Shown: positions 1-8,398 of the stretch, in pieces
How the letters are laid out: every line of letters starts with the position of its first letter
Numbering within the stretch: position 1 is the first letter of the stretch
NCBI GenBank assembly: GCA_002329625.1
Contig: DCTP01000140.1
Coordinates: forward strand, 43,520 to 78,032
DNA from: Leptolinea sp. UBA1437
Lineage (GTDB): Bacteria; Chloroflexota; Anaerolineae; Anaerolineales; Anaerolineaceae
Length of the DNA: 34,513 nucleotides
Reading direction: 5' to 3'
Notes under the pieces: model-generated
Told to the model about the DNA's origin: nothing
Database searches by the model: none
Seen by the model: the letters and a program-made list of their open reading frames with translations, nothing else
Program-made: the position numbers and the translations under genes

Positions 1-130
1 GCTTTTCGGTATGCTCCCCCGCCGGTGCCATTAATACGACTTCCCAACCCTTTTCACGGAGATATTTCGCAAAATCCAATCGAAAATTATAGAGGTACCA
101 GTCCGTATTGGCGAAAAAAATAACTTTCAA
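1..130 (-). CDS. Glycosyltransferase family 4 (CapM/PglA-like), N-terminal part; runs off the window start
   Basis: Not in the ORF track. Read manually from TTG at 130: MKVIFFANTDWYLYNFRLDFAKYLREKGWEVVLMAPAGEHTEK, matching the typical GT4 CapM-like N-terminus (ANTxWxLxNFRL). AAAAGGA RBS upstream. Confidence 0.8.
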   Translation of the reverse strand, partial: MKVIFFANTDWYLYNFRLDFAKYLREKGWEVVLMAPAGEHTEK

Positions 131-195
131 GGGTTTGATCCTTTTATTTAATCTGAACTAATTATAAAGCAGAGAGATTGATCTTTGCGAGCCGG

Positions 196-855
196 CTAAA
201 AGAGCGAAAGCTGAACGCCGTCCGTCGCTTCTTTTTTCTCGACTGCTTCGGAGGTCGGATTGACATTTTCAACCGGTTCCGCTGTAATTTTCTCTTCCAC
301 TTCATGAATATAGGTCGGTAAGAGGGCAAAATCATGCATAATACTGTCCCGTAGATTCGGTTGATGCAACGCAGCCGCTGGATGAAACATCGGAACGATC
401 ATCCGCCCGTCCACCCAATGGCCCTTCCCATGGATCGAACTGATTCTCGCAAGCGGAAAATAGCGACCCATCGAAAACCTCCCTAAAGTAACGATGACCA
501 ACGGGTCAATCAGCCGAATTTGTTCATCCAAAAAGGAAGAGCAGGCGGTCAATTCTTCGGGCAGCGGATCACGATTGGCCGGGGGTCTGCATTTAACCAC
601 GTTTGTGATAAAAACATCCTGTCGTTTCAGTTTGGCCGTCGAAAGCAGTTCGTTGAGAAAATTACCGGCTTGGCCGACAAAAGGTCTGCCGGTTTCATTT
701 TCATTCAGACCGGGTCCCTCCCCGATGAAAAGGATTTTGGAATGAATATTCCCCTCTCCGGGGACGGATTTTTTTCTGGATAAATGAAGTTGACACTTTT
801 CGCAAACGGCGATTTGCTGTGCAAGCTGAGTCATTTTTTCGTAGGAATCATCCAT
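196..855 (-). CDS. udg: Uracil-DNA glycosylase, family 4 ([4Fe-4S] type)
   Basis: CxxC N-terminus, GEGPG motif, GRPFVG, NVVKCRPP, C-terminal HPAA motif. Confidence 0.93.
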   Translation of the reverse strand: MDDSYEKMTQLAQQIAVCEKCQLHLSRKKSVPGEGNIHSKILFIGEGPGLNENETGRPFVGQAGNFLNELLSTAKLKRQDVFITNVVKCRPPANRDPLPEELTACSSFLDEQIRLIDPLVIVTLGRFSMGRYFPLARISSIHGKGHWVDGRMIVPMFHPAAALHQPNLRDSIMHDFALLPTYIHEVEEKITAEPVENVNPTSEAVEKKEATDGVQLSLF

Positions 856-1349
856 AACTTCTCCAATGTCAGGATATAAGTTTGATAATCTTGCATTTCC
901 AGATTCATCATTAGAGCATCTTCTTGATTGTCCTGATAGTAATGTTTTCGAATATTGACGACCCGATAACCGATCTTTTCATATAAGGATATTGCGGCTG
1001 AGTTACCGGCTCGGACTTCAAGGTAAGAGATTCTTGCCCCTTCTTTCCAACCTTCATACAATCCGTTTTGCATTAATACATCGCCGATTCCCCGTCGGCG
1101 GTAATCGGGATGGACGGCAAAATTCGCAACATGCAGCTCGTCCATTATAAGCCAAAGGACAAGAAATCCGCAGACATGTTGCTGCGAGTCGACCGCTACC
1201 CAGGGGCGTGATGCCTCGTTCCTTTCGACTTCAAAATAATAAGAACTTTGCGGCCAATACAGAGCAGCCGAAGCTTGGTCGATTGTGAATACTGCCGGGA
1301 TATCCGTTAAAACCATTCTGCGAATGGAAATGTCAGTGCGCCCGATCAT
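831..1349 (-). CDS. rimI: Ribosomal protein S18-alanine N-acetyltransferase (GNAT)
   Basis: AVHPDYRRRGIG acetyl-CoA motif, LEVRAGN..A..LY, RKHYY..EDA; located after tsaE-tsaB. Confidence 0.88.
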   Translation of the reverse strand: MIGRTDISIRRMVLTDIPAVFTIDQASAALYWPQSSYYFEVERNEASRPWVAVDSQQHVCGFLVLWLIMDELHVANFAVHPDYRRRGIGDVLMQNGLYEGWKEGARISYLEVRAGNSAAISLYEKIGYRVVNIRKHYYQDNQEDALMMNLEMQDYQTYILTLEKLWMIPTKK

Positions 1350-1351
1350 AT

Positions 1352-2020
1352 TTATTGCGAAATCGGCTCTTTCGTATGAAGATAGATCGGAGACAGGGTG
1401 TTTGGAGGAGGATAATCTCCTTTTTCAAGACGAATCCAAGCAATTTCGGCTAAAAAACCCGCCCTTCGTAAACACATTGCCGGTGATGCCATTCGGATAT
1501 TCTTATTGTTTCTGCGAAAATAGGTACGCATATCTGCGGTCAGTTCTCCGCAAACCGTTGTCGGTTCCGTAATCGCTTCGCATAGACTTTCTGTCGTATA
1601 GACGGAAACCGGTAAACTTTCCACCCATTTATCTTTGGAAGGATTGTAAAAAGCCGCAGCAAGCTTTGTTCTGCCTGCCTGTAAGACAGCACAGAGCGGC
1701 AATCCGTTTATCGGTTGAGCGGCTGCGAGAATATCCAAAGTCGGGACACCGATGACTGGAACATCCAAACCCAACGCCATTCCTTTTGCAAATGAAAGGC
1801 CGACACGCAGGCTGGTGAACGATCCGGGACCCATAGCAACCGCTATGCCGCGGAGTTTTGTGATATCCGTATCAACCGTATCGAAAAGATTTTTGACAGA
1901 AGCGGCAAGAATGACGGTATGCCGATTTAGACTCACCCAATTTGCCTCTCCGATGATACTGTTTCCGTCATAAACGGCGATTCCGATATTACTGGTAGAA
2001 GTGTCAATTGCTAATAACAT
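1352..2020 (-). CDS. tsaB: tRNA threonylcarbamoyladenosine biosynthesis protein TsaB
   Basis: LAIDTS start, GPGSFTSLRVG motif, C-terminal PIYL. Confidence 0.95.
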   Translation of the reverse strand: MLLAIDTSTSNIGIAVYDGNSIIGEANWVSLNRHTVILAASVKNLFDTVDTDITKLRGIAVAMGPGSFTSLRVGLSFAKGMALGLDVPVIGVPTLDILAAAQPINGLPLCAVLQAGRTKLAAAFYNPSKDKWVESLPVSVYTTESLCEAITEPTTVCGELTADMRTYFRRNNKNIRMASPAMCLRRAGFLAEIAWIRLEKGDYPPPNTLSPIYLHTKEPISQ

Positions 2021-2026
2021 ATTTAT

Positions 2027-2521
2027 TTAAACTCCGAAAGACCGATGGCGAAATAAATGCAATAAGGTTTGATAGCGTTCCCCATACGGAACCATGACTA
2101 GGCTGCGTTGTTCGTCCGCTACCCAAGCCATTTTGATTGTCAGTCTTTCTTTCGGAAGAATGGAATCAATTCTCTCCGCCCATTCGACGACTAACACGCC
2201 TTGGTGCAGCATGCGGTCGATATCGAGCTCTTCCGCTTCAAGGGTACTGTCGATACGATATGCGTCCATATGAAAAAGTGTGCTTCCGTCCATTCGGTAA
2301 TATTCATTGACCAAGACAAAAGTTGGGCTTGTAACCTGATCGACACTACCCCATCCCTGAGCAATTCCTTGGATAAAAGTGGTTTTCCCCGATCCCAAAT
2401 CTCCGCTGAAGCACAATATGTCACCGTTTTGTAACATTCTTCCCAGACGCATCCCAAACCGCCGGGTTTGGTCGGCGCTTCTGCTGAAAATTTCCAATGT
2501 TTCCGAATCAAGAATAGGCAC
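2027..2521 (-). CDS. tsaE: tRNA threonylcarbamoyladenosine biosynthesis ATPase TsaE
   Basis: GDLGSGKTT Walker A, VTSPTF, HMDAYR, VEW motifs; GTG start. Confidence 0.95.
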   Translation of the reverse strand: MPILDSETLEIFSRSADQTRRFGMRLGRMLQNGDILCFSGDLGSGKTTFIQGIAQGWGSVDQVTSPTFVLVNEYYRMDGSTLFHMDAYRIDSTLEAEELDIDRMLHQGVLVVEWAERIDSILPKERLTIKMAWVADEQRSLVMVPYGERYQTLLHLFRHRSFGV

Positions 2522-2581
2522 AAACGGATCCTTTAAGATATCAGGTTGGGAAGAAAAGTATCAGATTTGCTCGAATTTGTT

Positions 2582-2806
2582 TTATGTTGAAGGTTCCGAC
2601 GACTCAGATGGATGTTCGGGATTCTTTTGCGGTTTCCCCTTCATTTTATGCGATAATTCTCTTCTGGTCAGCAAGACGCGATGATGACAATTTAAACATT
2701 CCAGCCCAATCTCGGCGCCGAGCCGAACCACTACCCACTGATTGGAACCGCATGGATGCATTTTTTTTAATGTGATCAAATCGCCAAGCTCGTACTCCTC
2801 ATCCAT
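2582..2806 (-). CDS. DUF951 family small protein (probable Zn ribbon)
   Basis: LKKMHPCGSNQW..R.GA...L.C..C.H motif. Start reassigned to ATG at 2806 (MDEEYELGD). Confidence 0.85.
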   Translation of the reverse strand: MDEEYELGDLITLKKMHPCGSNQWVVVRLGAEIGLECLNCHHRVLLTRRELSHKMKGKPQKNPEHPSESSEPST

Positions 2807-2812
2807 TCTGCA

Positions 2813-2818
2813 ATTATA
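2813..2818 (-). promoter_or_regulatory. -10 element (TATAAT) 6 nt before the DUF951 ATG; putative leaderless promoter
   Basis: Minus strand reads TATAAT-tgcaga-ATG, with no SD sequence. Confidence 0.6.
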
Positions 2819-2869
2819 AAGGAATTGAAAGGGGCTGAACAGAGTCACAATAACGGTTCGGGATGCAAA

Positions 2870-2878
2870 TGTTATAAT
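2870..2878 (+). promoter_or_regulatory. Extended -10 (TGtTATAAT) 6 nt before the S2P ATG; putative leaderless promoter
   Basis: TGTTATAAT-agctgc-ATG(2885), with no SD sequence. Confidence 0.65.
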
Positions 2879-2884
2879 AGCTGC

Positions 2885-3508
2885 ATGGCCGTGCCCGCAG
2901 TTTTTGTATGTCGCATCCTGACCTTAATCATCGCATTCACAATCCATGAATTTGCGCATGGGTTTTTGGCTGATCGGTTCGGAGATCCGACTCCGCGGCT
3001 GCAGGGACGGTTAACTTTGAATCCTCTGAAGCATTTGGATATTTTCGGCTCTTTGATGCTATTATTAACCGGCTTCGGGTGGGCAAAACCAGTCCAAATC
3101 GATACGGAAGCCATTCGCAGAAACAATAAAGCCGGGGTGATGTTGGTATCTTTTATTGGCCCTTTTTCCAATTTTCTCTTGGCTTTAATCGGTGCATTGC
3201 TGTTGAAAATTCCCGGTATTACAACCATCCGGTGGTGGGGAATTCCTTTCTTTCTTTCACAATTCATCTGGATTAATCTCAGCCTGCTGATTTTCAATCT
3301 GGTGCCTCTCGCTCCTTTGGACGGAGAAAAAGTGGTCGAATATTTCATACCGGACAGTATGCTTCCTGCCTGGAATAATGTACAGCAATACGGAATGCAA
3401 ATTTTATTGATCTGTTTTTTGATATTGCCCTATCTGAATATCGACGTTTTCGGAAAAATCTTAAGTCCGTTGATCAGCGGACTGTATTATTGGTTGGTCG
3501 GAGGATAA
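2885..3508 (+). CDS. Site-2 protease family (M50) intramembrane zinc metalloprotease
   Basis: HEFAH zinc motif, GDPTPR..GRLTLNP, GWAKPV, NLVPLAPLDG. Start reassigned to 2885. Confidence 0.92.
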   Translation: MAVPAVFVCRILTLIIAFTIHEFAHGFLADRFGDPTPRLQGRLTLNPLKHLDIFGSLMLLLTGFGWAKPVQIDTEAIRRNNKAGVMLVSFIGPFSNFLLALIGALLLKIPGITTIRWWGIPFFLSQFIWINLSLLIFNLVPLAPLDGEKVVEYFIPDSMLPAWNNVQQYGMQILLICFLILPYLNIDVFGKILSPLISGLYYWLVGG

Positions 3509-3512
3509 AACT

Positions 3513-4499
3513 ATGATTCAAATCGCCATCATCGGATTGGGAGAAATCGGCACATCGTTGGGACTCGCTTTAAAGTATCAGAAGGATGAAATATTTCGGG
3601 TCGGGATGGATGTTCATAAATATGCGACGGATAATGCATCGGAGAAGGGAGCGGTCGACAGGGTTTCACGAAACTTTTCGGATGCGGTAAAAGAAGCGGA
3701 TATCGTTTTTTTGGCAATTCCCGCCCATGAAGTGGAAGACACACTCGAATTAATCGGTCATGAGCTTAAGAAAGATGCCGCGGTTTTGGATACATGCCCG
3801 ACAAAATCGGCTGCGATCAACTGGGCGAAAAAATCGATGACTCAACCGGATCATTTTTTGGGAATATATCCGTCGATCAATCCGGCTTATCTCTCCGAAC
3901 CATCGAATGAATTTCATTCCGCGCATGAAGATCTGTTTCAGTCCGGCACATTGTATTTGGCTCCATCTGCCGATACCGAACCCGCCGTAGTCAAATTGGC
4001 GTCGGATTTGGGAACGTTGATCGGTGCTCACAGCGCATTTATAGATCCGGTTGAATTGGATGGATTATTGGCTGCTGCTTATGATCTTCCGCTGTTATTA
4101 TCGAACGCTTTGATGAGTACATTGCTAAATCAAAACAGTTGGGAAGATTGCCGCAAATTAGCCGTGAAAGAATTTGTACAAGAGACCGATTTTTGTGCTT
4201 TCCCTTATACCGGAAAGGAATTCACCGAAATCCTGTCGGAAAATCGGGAAAATACACTGCGAATTCTGAATGATTTTATCGTAAATTTGAAAACCTATCG
4301 GGATGCCATTCAAAACCGCGACCGTGCGGCTTTGAGCTCTCTTTATGAAAAAGCGGAAAAAGGAAGGGAAAAATGGCTCAAAGATTACGAGGGAGGGGTT
4401 TGGCGGAAAGAAAAAGATCAGAAGCTGAATGTACCGACCGCGGGGGAAATGATGGGACAGATGTTTCTGGGCGGATTGGGGCGGAAAAAGAAAGAATAA
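3513..4499 (+). CDS. Prephenate/arogenate dehydrogenase (TyrA)-family protein with degenerate catalytic motifs
   Basis: IIGLGEIGTSLG Rossmann motif and overall TyrA layout. The canonical HPMxG and HD/SHLP motifs are altered. Confidence 0.75.
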   Translation: MIQIAIIGLGEIGTSLGLALKYQKDEIFRVGMDVHKYATDNASEKGAVDRVSRNFSDAVKEADIVFLAIPAHEVEDTLELIGHELKKDAAVLDTCPTKSAAINWAKKSMTQPDHFLGIYPSINPAYLSEPSNEFHSAHEDLFQSGTLYLAPSADTEPAVVKLASDLGTLIGAHSAFIDPVELDGLLAAAYDLPLLLSNALMSTLLNQNSWEDCRKLAVKEFVQETDFCAFPYTGKEFTEILSENRENTLRILNDFIVNLKTYRDAIQNRDRAALSSLYEKAEKGREKWLKDYEGGVWRKEKDQKLNVPTAGEMMGQMFLGGLGRKKKE

Positions 4500-4528
4500 T
4501 TGCTGATGCGGGTAACGGGCAAACAACG

Positions 4529-4843
4529 ATGACGGTGTCCGACAATGGTCTGTTTTATTGTTATATGGTGGAATGTTCCAACGGATCTTTTTATACCGGT
4601 TGGACGACGAATCCCGAAAGACGGCTTAAAGCTCATAATGCCGGGCACGGTGCGGCTTATACCAAAATGCATTCCCCTGTATCACTTGTTTATGTCGAAA
4701 AAATGGAAAGCAGGCACGAAGCAATGATTCGCGAGACGGAAATCAAAAAGTATTCTCATGCTGAAAAAGCGGCGATGAGCGAATCTTGGAAAAAATCAAC
4801 TGTTTCCGAAGAATGGGACCGGAAAGATCACCAGGGTAAATAA
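4529..4843 (+). CDS. GIY-YIG nuclease family protein (UPF0213/YazA-like)
   Basis: YCYMVEC..GSFYTGWT..PERRLKAHN.G.GA.YT..E..IK. Start reassigned to ATG 4529. Confidence 0.88.
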   Translation: MTVSDNGLFYCYMVECSNGSFYTGWTTNPERRLKAHNAGHGAAYTKMHSPVSLVYVEKMESRHEAMIRETEIKKYSHAEKAAMSESWKKSTVSEEWDRKDHQGK

Positions 4844-5758
4844 TTGGAAAATATTCAGACTTTTCGTTCCGGTTTTGTCAGCGTCATCGGTAAGCCCAAT
4901 GTGGGAAAATCGACTCTAATTAATTATCTTTTGGGACAAAAAATTGCTGCGGTTTCTCCGCGACCGCAAACAACTCAGCGCAATCAGTTGGGAATTATTA
5001 CCGAAAAAGATTATCAGATTATTTTTATCGATACTCCCGGCATTCATCAACCGAAATCAAAACTTGGTGATTTTATGAACGAAGCGGCTGTGGGGACATT
5101 TACCGAAGTGGATATTATTCTCTGGATTGTCAACCTGAATGAACCGCCTGCTGCGGAAGATCAAATTGTAGCGGAAAAAATAAAGAATGCCGGAATCCTT
5201 TCCAATACCGTATTGGCGCTGAATAAAGCGGATCTGGTCAGTCCGGCGAATTCGGAAAGATATGCCGACCGTTACCGTGCATTGGTACCGGGAGCCGAAT
5301 CCTTTTTGATTTCAGCTAAGACAGGCGCGGGATGTGATGATTTGTTGGCTGCGTTGGTTCGTAGGCTTCCGTCCGGGCCGGCTTTTTATGACGAAGAACA
5401 GATTACGGACTTATACGAACGGGAAATTGCGAGAGACTTAATTCGGGAATCTCTGCTGAAGAATCTTGAAGATGAGATCCCTCATTCGATTGCGGTTCGG
5501 ATTGATGAGTATTCGGATCGCACCGAGACCAAGTCTTACATCCAAGCGACATTAATATTGGACCGAGAAAATCATAAAAGTATCGTCATCGGAAAGAACG
5601 GGGAAATGATCAAAAAAATCGGGCAAGATGCTCGCTCGGAAATCGAAAAACTGACCGGACGCAGTATTTATCTTGAATTAAAAGCAAAAGTGGTAAAGAA
5701 CTGGAGGAATAATCCTTCGATATTAAAGTCATTGGGCTATTTTTTACCGAAAGAATGA
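4844..5758 (+). CDS. era: GTPase Era
   Basis: GKPNVGKSTL, PQTT, DTPG, NKAD, and KH domain with VIGKNG; TTG start. Confidence 0.97.
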   Translation: MENIQTFRSGFVSVIGKPNVGKSTLINYLLGQKIAAVSPRPQTTQRNQLGIITEKDYQIIFIDTPGIHQPKSKLGDFMNEAAVGTFTEVDIILWIVNLNEPPAAEDQIVAEKIKNAGILSNTVLALNKADLVSPANSERYADRYRALVPGAESFLISAKTGAGCDDLLAALVRRLPSGPAFYDEEQITDLYEREIARDLIRESLLKNLEDEIPHSIAVRIDEYSDRTETKSYIQATLILDRENHKSIVIGKNGEMIKKIGQDARSEIEKLTGRSIYLELKAKVVKNWRNNPSILKSLGYFLPKE

Positions 5759-5768
5759 AACGGCCGGT

Positions 5769-6665
5769 TCAATCCTCTAAATATTTATACTTTTGAAATC
5801 CCTCACCCATCACTTCGTTTGCTTGACCGACGACCATGAAAGCTTTCGGATCCACTTCAACCACCAGCCGCTTCAGCTGATTGATCTCTCCCCGATTGAT
5901 AACGCAATAGATAACACCCTTTTTCTCTTTCGAATAACCCCCGATTCCCGTAATCAGGGTAACACTGTGTTCCAGCACATTGATTACACCTTCCGCAATC
6001 GCATCCGGCTTGTCTGTGATAATAACCACGTCCCGAAAAAAATTGGCGCCTTCGGAAATGGTCTCCGCAGCCACCCCGCTGACATAGATCGCAATCAGCC
6101 CGTATAGTGCCAGATCCCAACCGAAAGTAAGACCGCCCAGAATAGCGGATATGGAATCGGTGAGTAAATAAGATTGCGTGATCGGCAATCCCGCTCTTTG
6201 GTTCAAAATTCGACCGATGATATCAGTTCCTCCGCTGGTCCCGCTGCCGCGATAGACCAGTCCGAATCCGATCCCCAAGATGACGGCACCGAACAGGGTG
6301 TTTAGAAAAATGTCATGGGTTAAATAGGCATTTTTCTGATATCGGGTCAGCAGATCGGTAAAAAAAGAGAAAAGAACAACCGAAAAAACTGTCCGAATCG
6401 CAAATTTCCGCTTCCCCAAATAACGCCACCCAAAGATAAAAAGAGGAATATTTCCGATTAGCGTCATAACGCCGATTGGCCAACCGGTGTGAGCGTTAAT
6501 TACCTGTGCCAATCCGGAGACTCCGCCGCTGATTAATCGTGCGGGAATCAAAAAATATGCCATTCCGATGGATTGGATAACACTCCCAATCAAAATCAGA
6601 GAATAATCGGAAAATGTTTCTTTGTTAAAAAAATCTTTCTTGGAGACGGAAAAGTTCTGCTTCAT
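5769..6665 (-). CDS. YitT family membrane protein
   Basis: SGGVSGLA, NIPLF, SGGTDI, C-terminal DPKAF..GEGF (DUF2179). Confidence 0.9.
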   Translation of the reverse strand: MKQNFSVSKKDFFNKETFSDYSLILIGSVIQSIGMAYFLIPARLISGGVSGLAQVINAHTGWPIGVMTLIGNIPLFIFGWRYLGKRKFAIRTVFSVVLFSFFTDLLTRYQKNAYLTHDIFLNTLFGAVILGIGFGLVYRGSGTSGGTDIIGRILNQRAGLPITQSYLLTDSISAILGGLTFGWDLALYGLIAIYVSGVAAETISEGANFFRDVVIITDKPDAIAEGVINVLEHSVTLITGIGGYSKEKKGVIYCVINRGEINQLKRLVVEVDPKAFMVVGQANEVMGEGFQKYKYLED

Positions 6666-6877
6666 ACTTTGATTAAATCATAGAAACCTTAAAAATTGAA
6701 GGAAATACGAAGGAATAACAAAAGGAAAAGTCGAAGATCATCTATCAAATATTCTCGGATCCGTTACTTGCGTCATAGTTTTAATAAAGATTTAATTATT
6801 CTATTTTTTAATGTGTCATAAAATGAGTGCCTAAGGGAAAAATTGATTGAGAATCATGCGAATTTATTTTCGAAAAC

Positions 6878-6903
6878 CGCAACGTTTCTTTCAATTAACC
6901 GTA
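6878..6903 (+). promoter_or_regulatory. Putative ECF sigma-factor promoter (cGCAAC-N16-CGTA) upstream of the exporter operon
   Basis: CGCAAC gtttctttcaattaac CGTA fits the AAC-N16-CGT ECF (SigW/SigV-type) consensus; ~55 nt before ATG 6958. Confidence 0.55.
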
Positions 6904-6957
6904 GATTAATATGTTGCGTATAGATTATGAACAAGAAGCTGTAACTAAGAGAAAAAA

Positions 6958-8316
6958 ATGAATTGTAGTAAAAAAAAGAAATATATCCTTCCCCTATTCA
7001 TCCTCCTTTTTATTGTAGGTTGCAGTCGTTCTCAGCAGGCAGCTCTGACCGCCGAAATTCAAAGCGAAGCGGTCACACGTGGGACCGTACACAATTCCCT
7101 GATTTTAGTGGGAAATGTGGAAGCTTCTCAATCTTCGGAATTGAGTTGGAAAACTTCCGGTGTGGTTGATTCGGTATCGGTAAAGGTAGGAGATAAAGTT
7201 GAATCCGGACAGGTTCTGGCAACCTTATTGACCGACTCGATGCCGGCTTCCAGTATAGCGGCAGAAGCGGATAAGATCAGCGCCGAGGATGATTTGGAGG
7301 AATTATTGGTGTCCGAAACGGCAAAAGCGACGGCTTATAAAAATCTTCGGGATGCCGAAGTAGCTTTACGCGATGCGGAAAAACTTGCCGAAGGGTTAAA
7401 TTATCCGATTGCTGATCAAAGTGAAATCGATGCCGCCGAAAAAGCCATGATCGCTGCCCGAGACGCCTACCAGAACGCGGTTGCGGATTACGAAGGTGTC
7501 AAATTACGGGATTATTATGACGAAGAGCGGATGAAGAAATATGAGACTCTTCAAAACGCTTTGACAGCGTATGCCCAGGCTTATGATTTATGGCTTTATT
7601 ATGTCAATAATGCGCCGGAAATAACGAAAAAAGTGACTGCCGCATCTGCGAAAGAGGCTCAGGCAAGTTATGAAGCTGCATTAAAGGAATTTAAAACATA
7701 TCAAGTCTCCTTTGTCCGGAAGCAGGATCAGGCTGATGCGGAAGCGACCCTGGAAGATGCGGTCACGGCGTATAACGCGCGATCTTTAATCGCCGATTTA
7801 ACGGGAACGGTGACCGTAGTGAATACGGCTGCGGGGGATTATGTCGAAAAGGGACAAAGCGGCTTACGAATCGATGATCTAAGTACCATATATATCTCTT
7901 TGGATATTTCGGAAGTGGATGTCAATGATCTGAAAGACGGTATGAAAGCGGAAATTACGCTGGATGCTCAACCGACGAAGGTCTATCAAGGAACGGTCAG
8001 ATATATTTCCGCTTTTGCTTCCGAGAACGATTACAACGTCACCTATCGTGCGGTGGTAGCTTTTGAGCAGCCAGATGAATTGGTGAAAGTGGGCATGACG
8101 GGGGAAATCAAGATCATCCTTTCTGAGAAACCGGATTGTTTGCTTGTTCCGAGCTCTGCGATTCGGGAAGGGGATAACGGTTCCTATGTTGAGGTTGTGG
8201 TGGACGGGACACTGACGCCTGTTTCCGTCATTACGGGTGTGGAAGAAAATGGGATGGTTGAAATTGTCTCAGGAAATCTGAATGAAGGAGATTTGGTAAA
8301 AGTTCCTTCAGCGTAA
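6958..8316 (+). CDS. Periplasmic adaptor / membrane fusion protein (HlyD/MacA/YknX-like), type A, probable lipoprotein
   Basis: Basic N-terminus with lipobox-like LFIVG-C, lipoyl-half VKVGDKV..GQVLA, long helical hairpin, SEVDV..K.G, KVGMT. Confidence 0.9.
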   Translation: MNCSKKKKYILPLFILLFIVGCSRSQQAALTAEIQSEAVTRGTVHNSLILVGNVEASQSSELSWKTSGVVDSVSVKVGDKVESGQVLATLLTDSMPASSIAAEADKISAEDDLEELLVSETAKATAYKNLRDAEVALRDAEKLAEGLNYPIADQSEIDAAEKAMIAARDAYQNAVADYEGVKLRDYYDEERMKKYETLQNALTAYAQAYDLWLYYVNNAPEITKKVTAASAKEAQASYEAALKEFKTYQVSFVRKQDQADAEATLEDAVTAYNARSLIADLTGTVTVVNTAAGDYVEKGQSGLRIDDLSTIYISLDISEVDVNDLKDGMKAEITLDAQPTKVYQGTVRYISAFASENDYNVTYRAVVAFEQPDELVKVGMTGEIKIILSEKPDCLLVPSSAIREGDNGSYVEVVVDGTLTPVSVITGVEENGMVEIVSGNLNEGDLVKVPSA

Positions 8317-8398
8317 TCGGGGATACAAAAAAGAAATTTTAAATGAATGAAGAAGTGAAAGATTATTCTAAACAAACAGTGAAGAACAGGAAAGAAAT

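Noticed and set aside
4529-4843. GIY-YIG protein as a homing endonuclease or defence nuclease
   Set aside because: Short stand-alone UPF0213 type in a housekeeping operon, with no intron or mobile context
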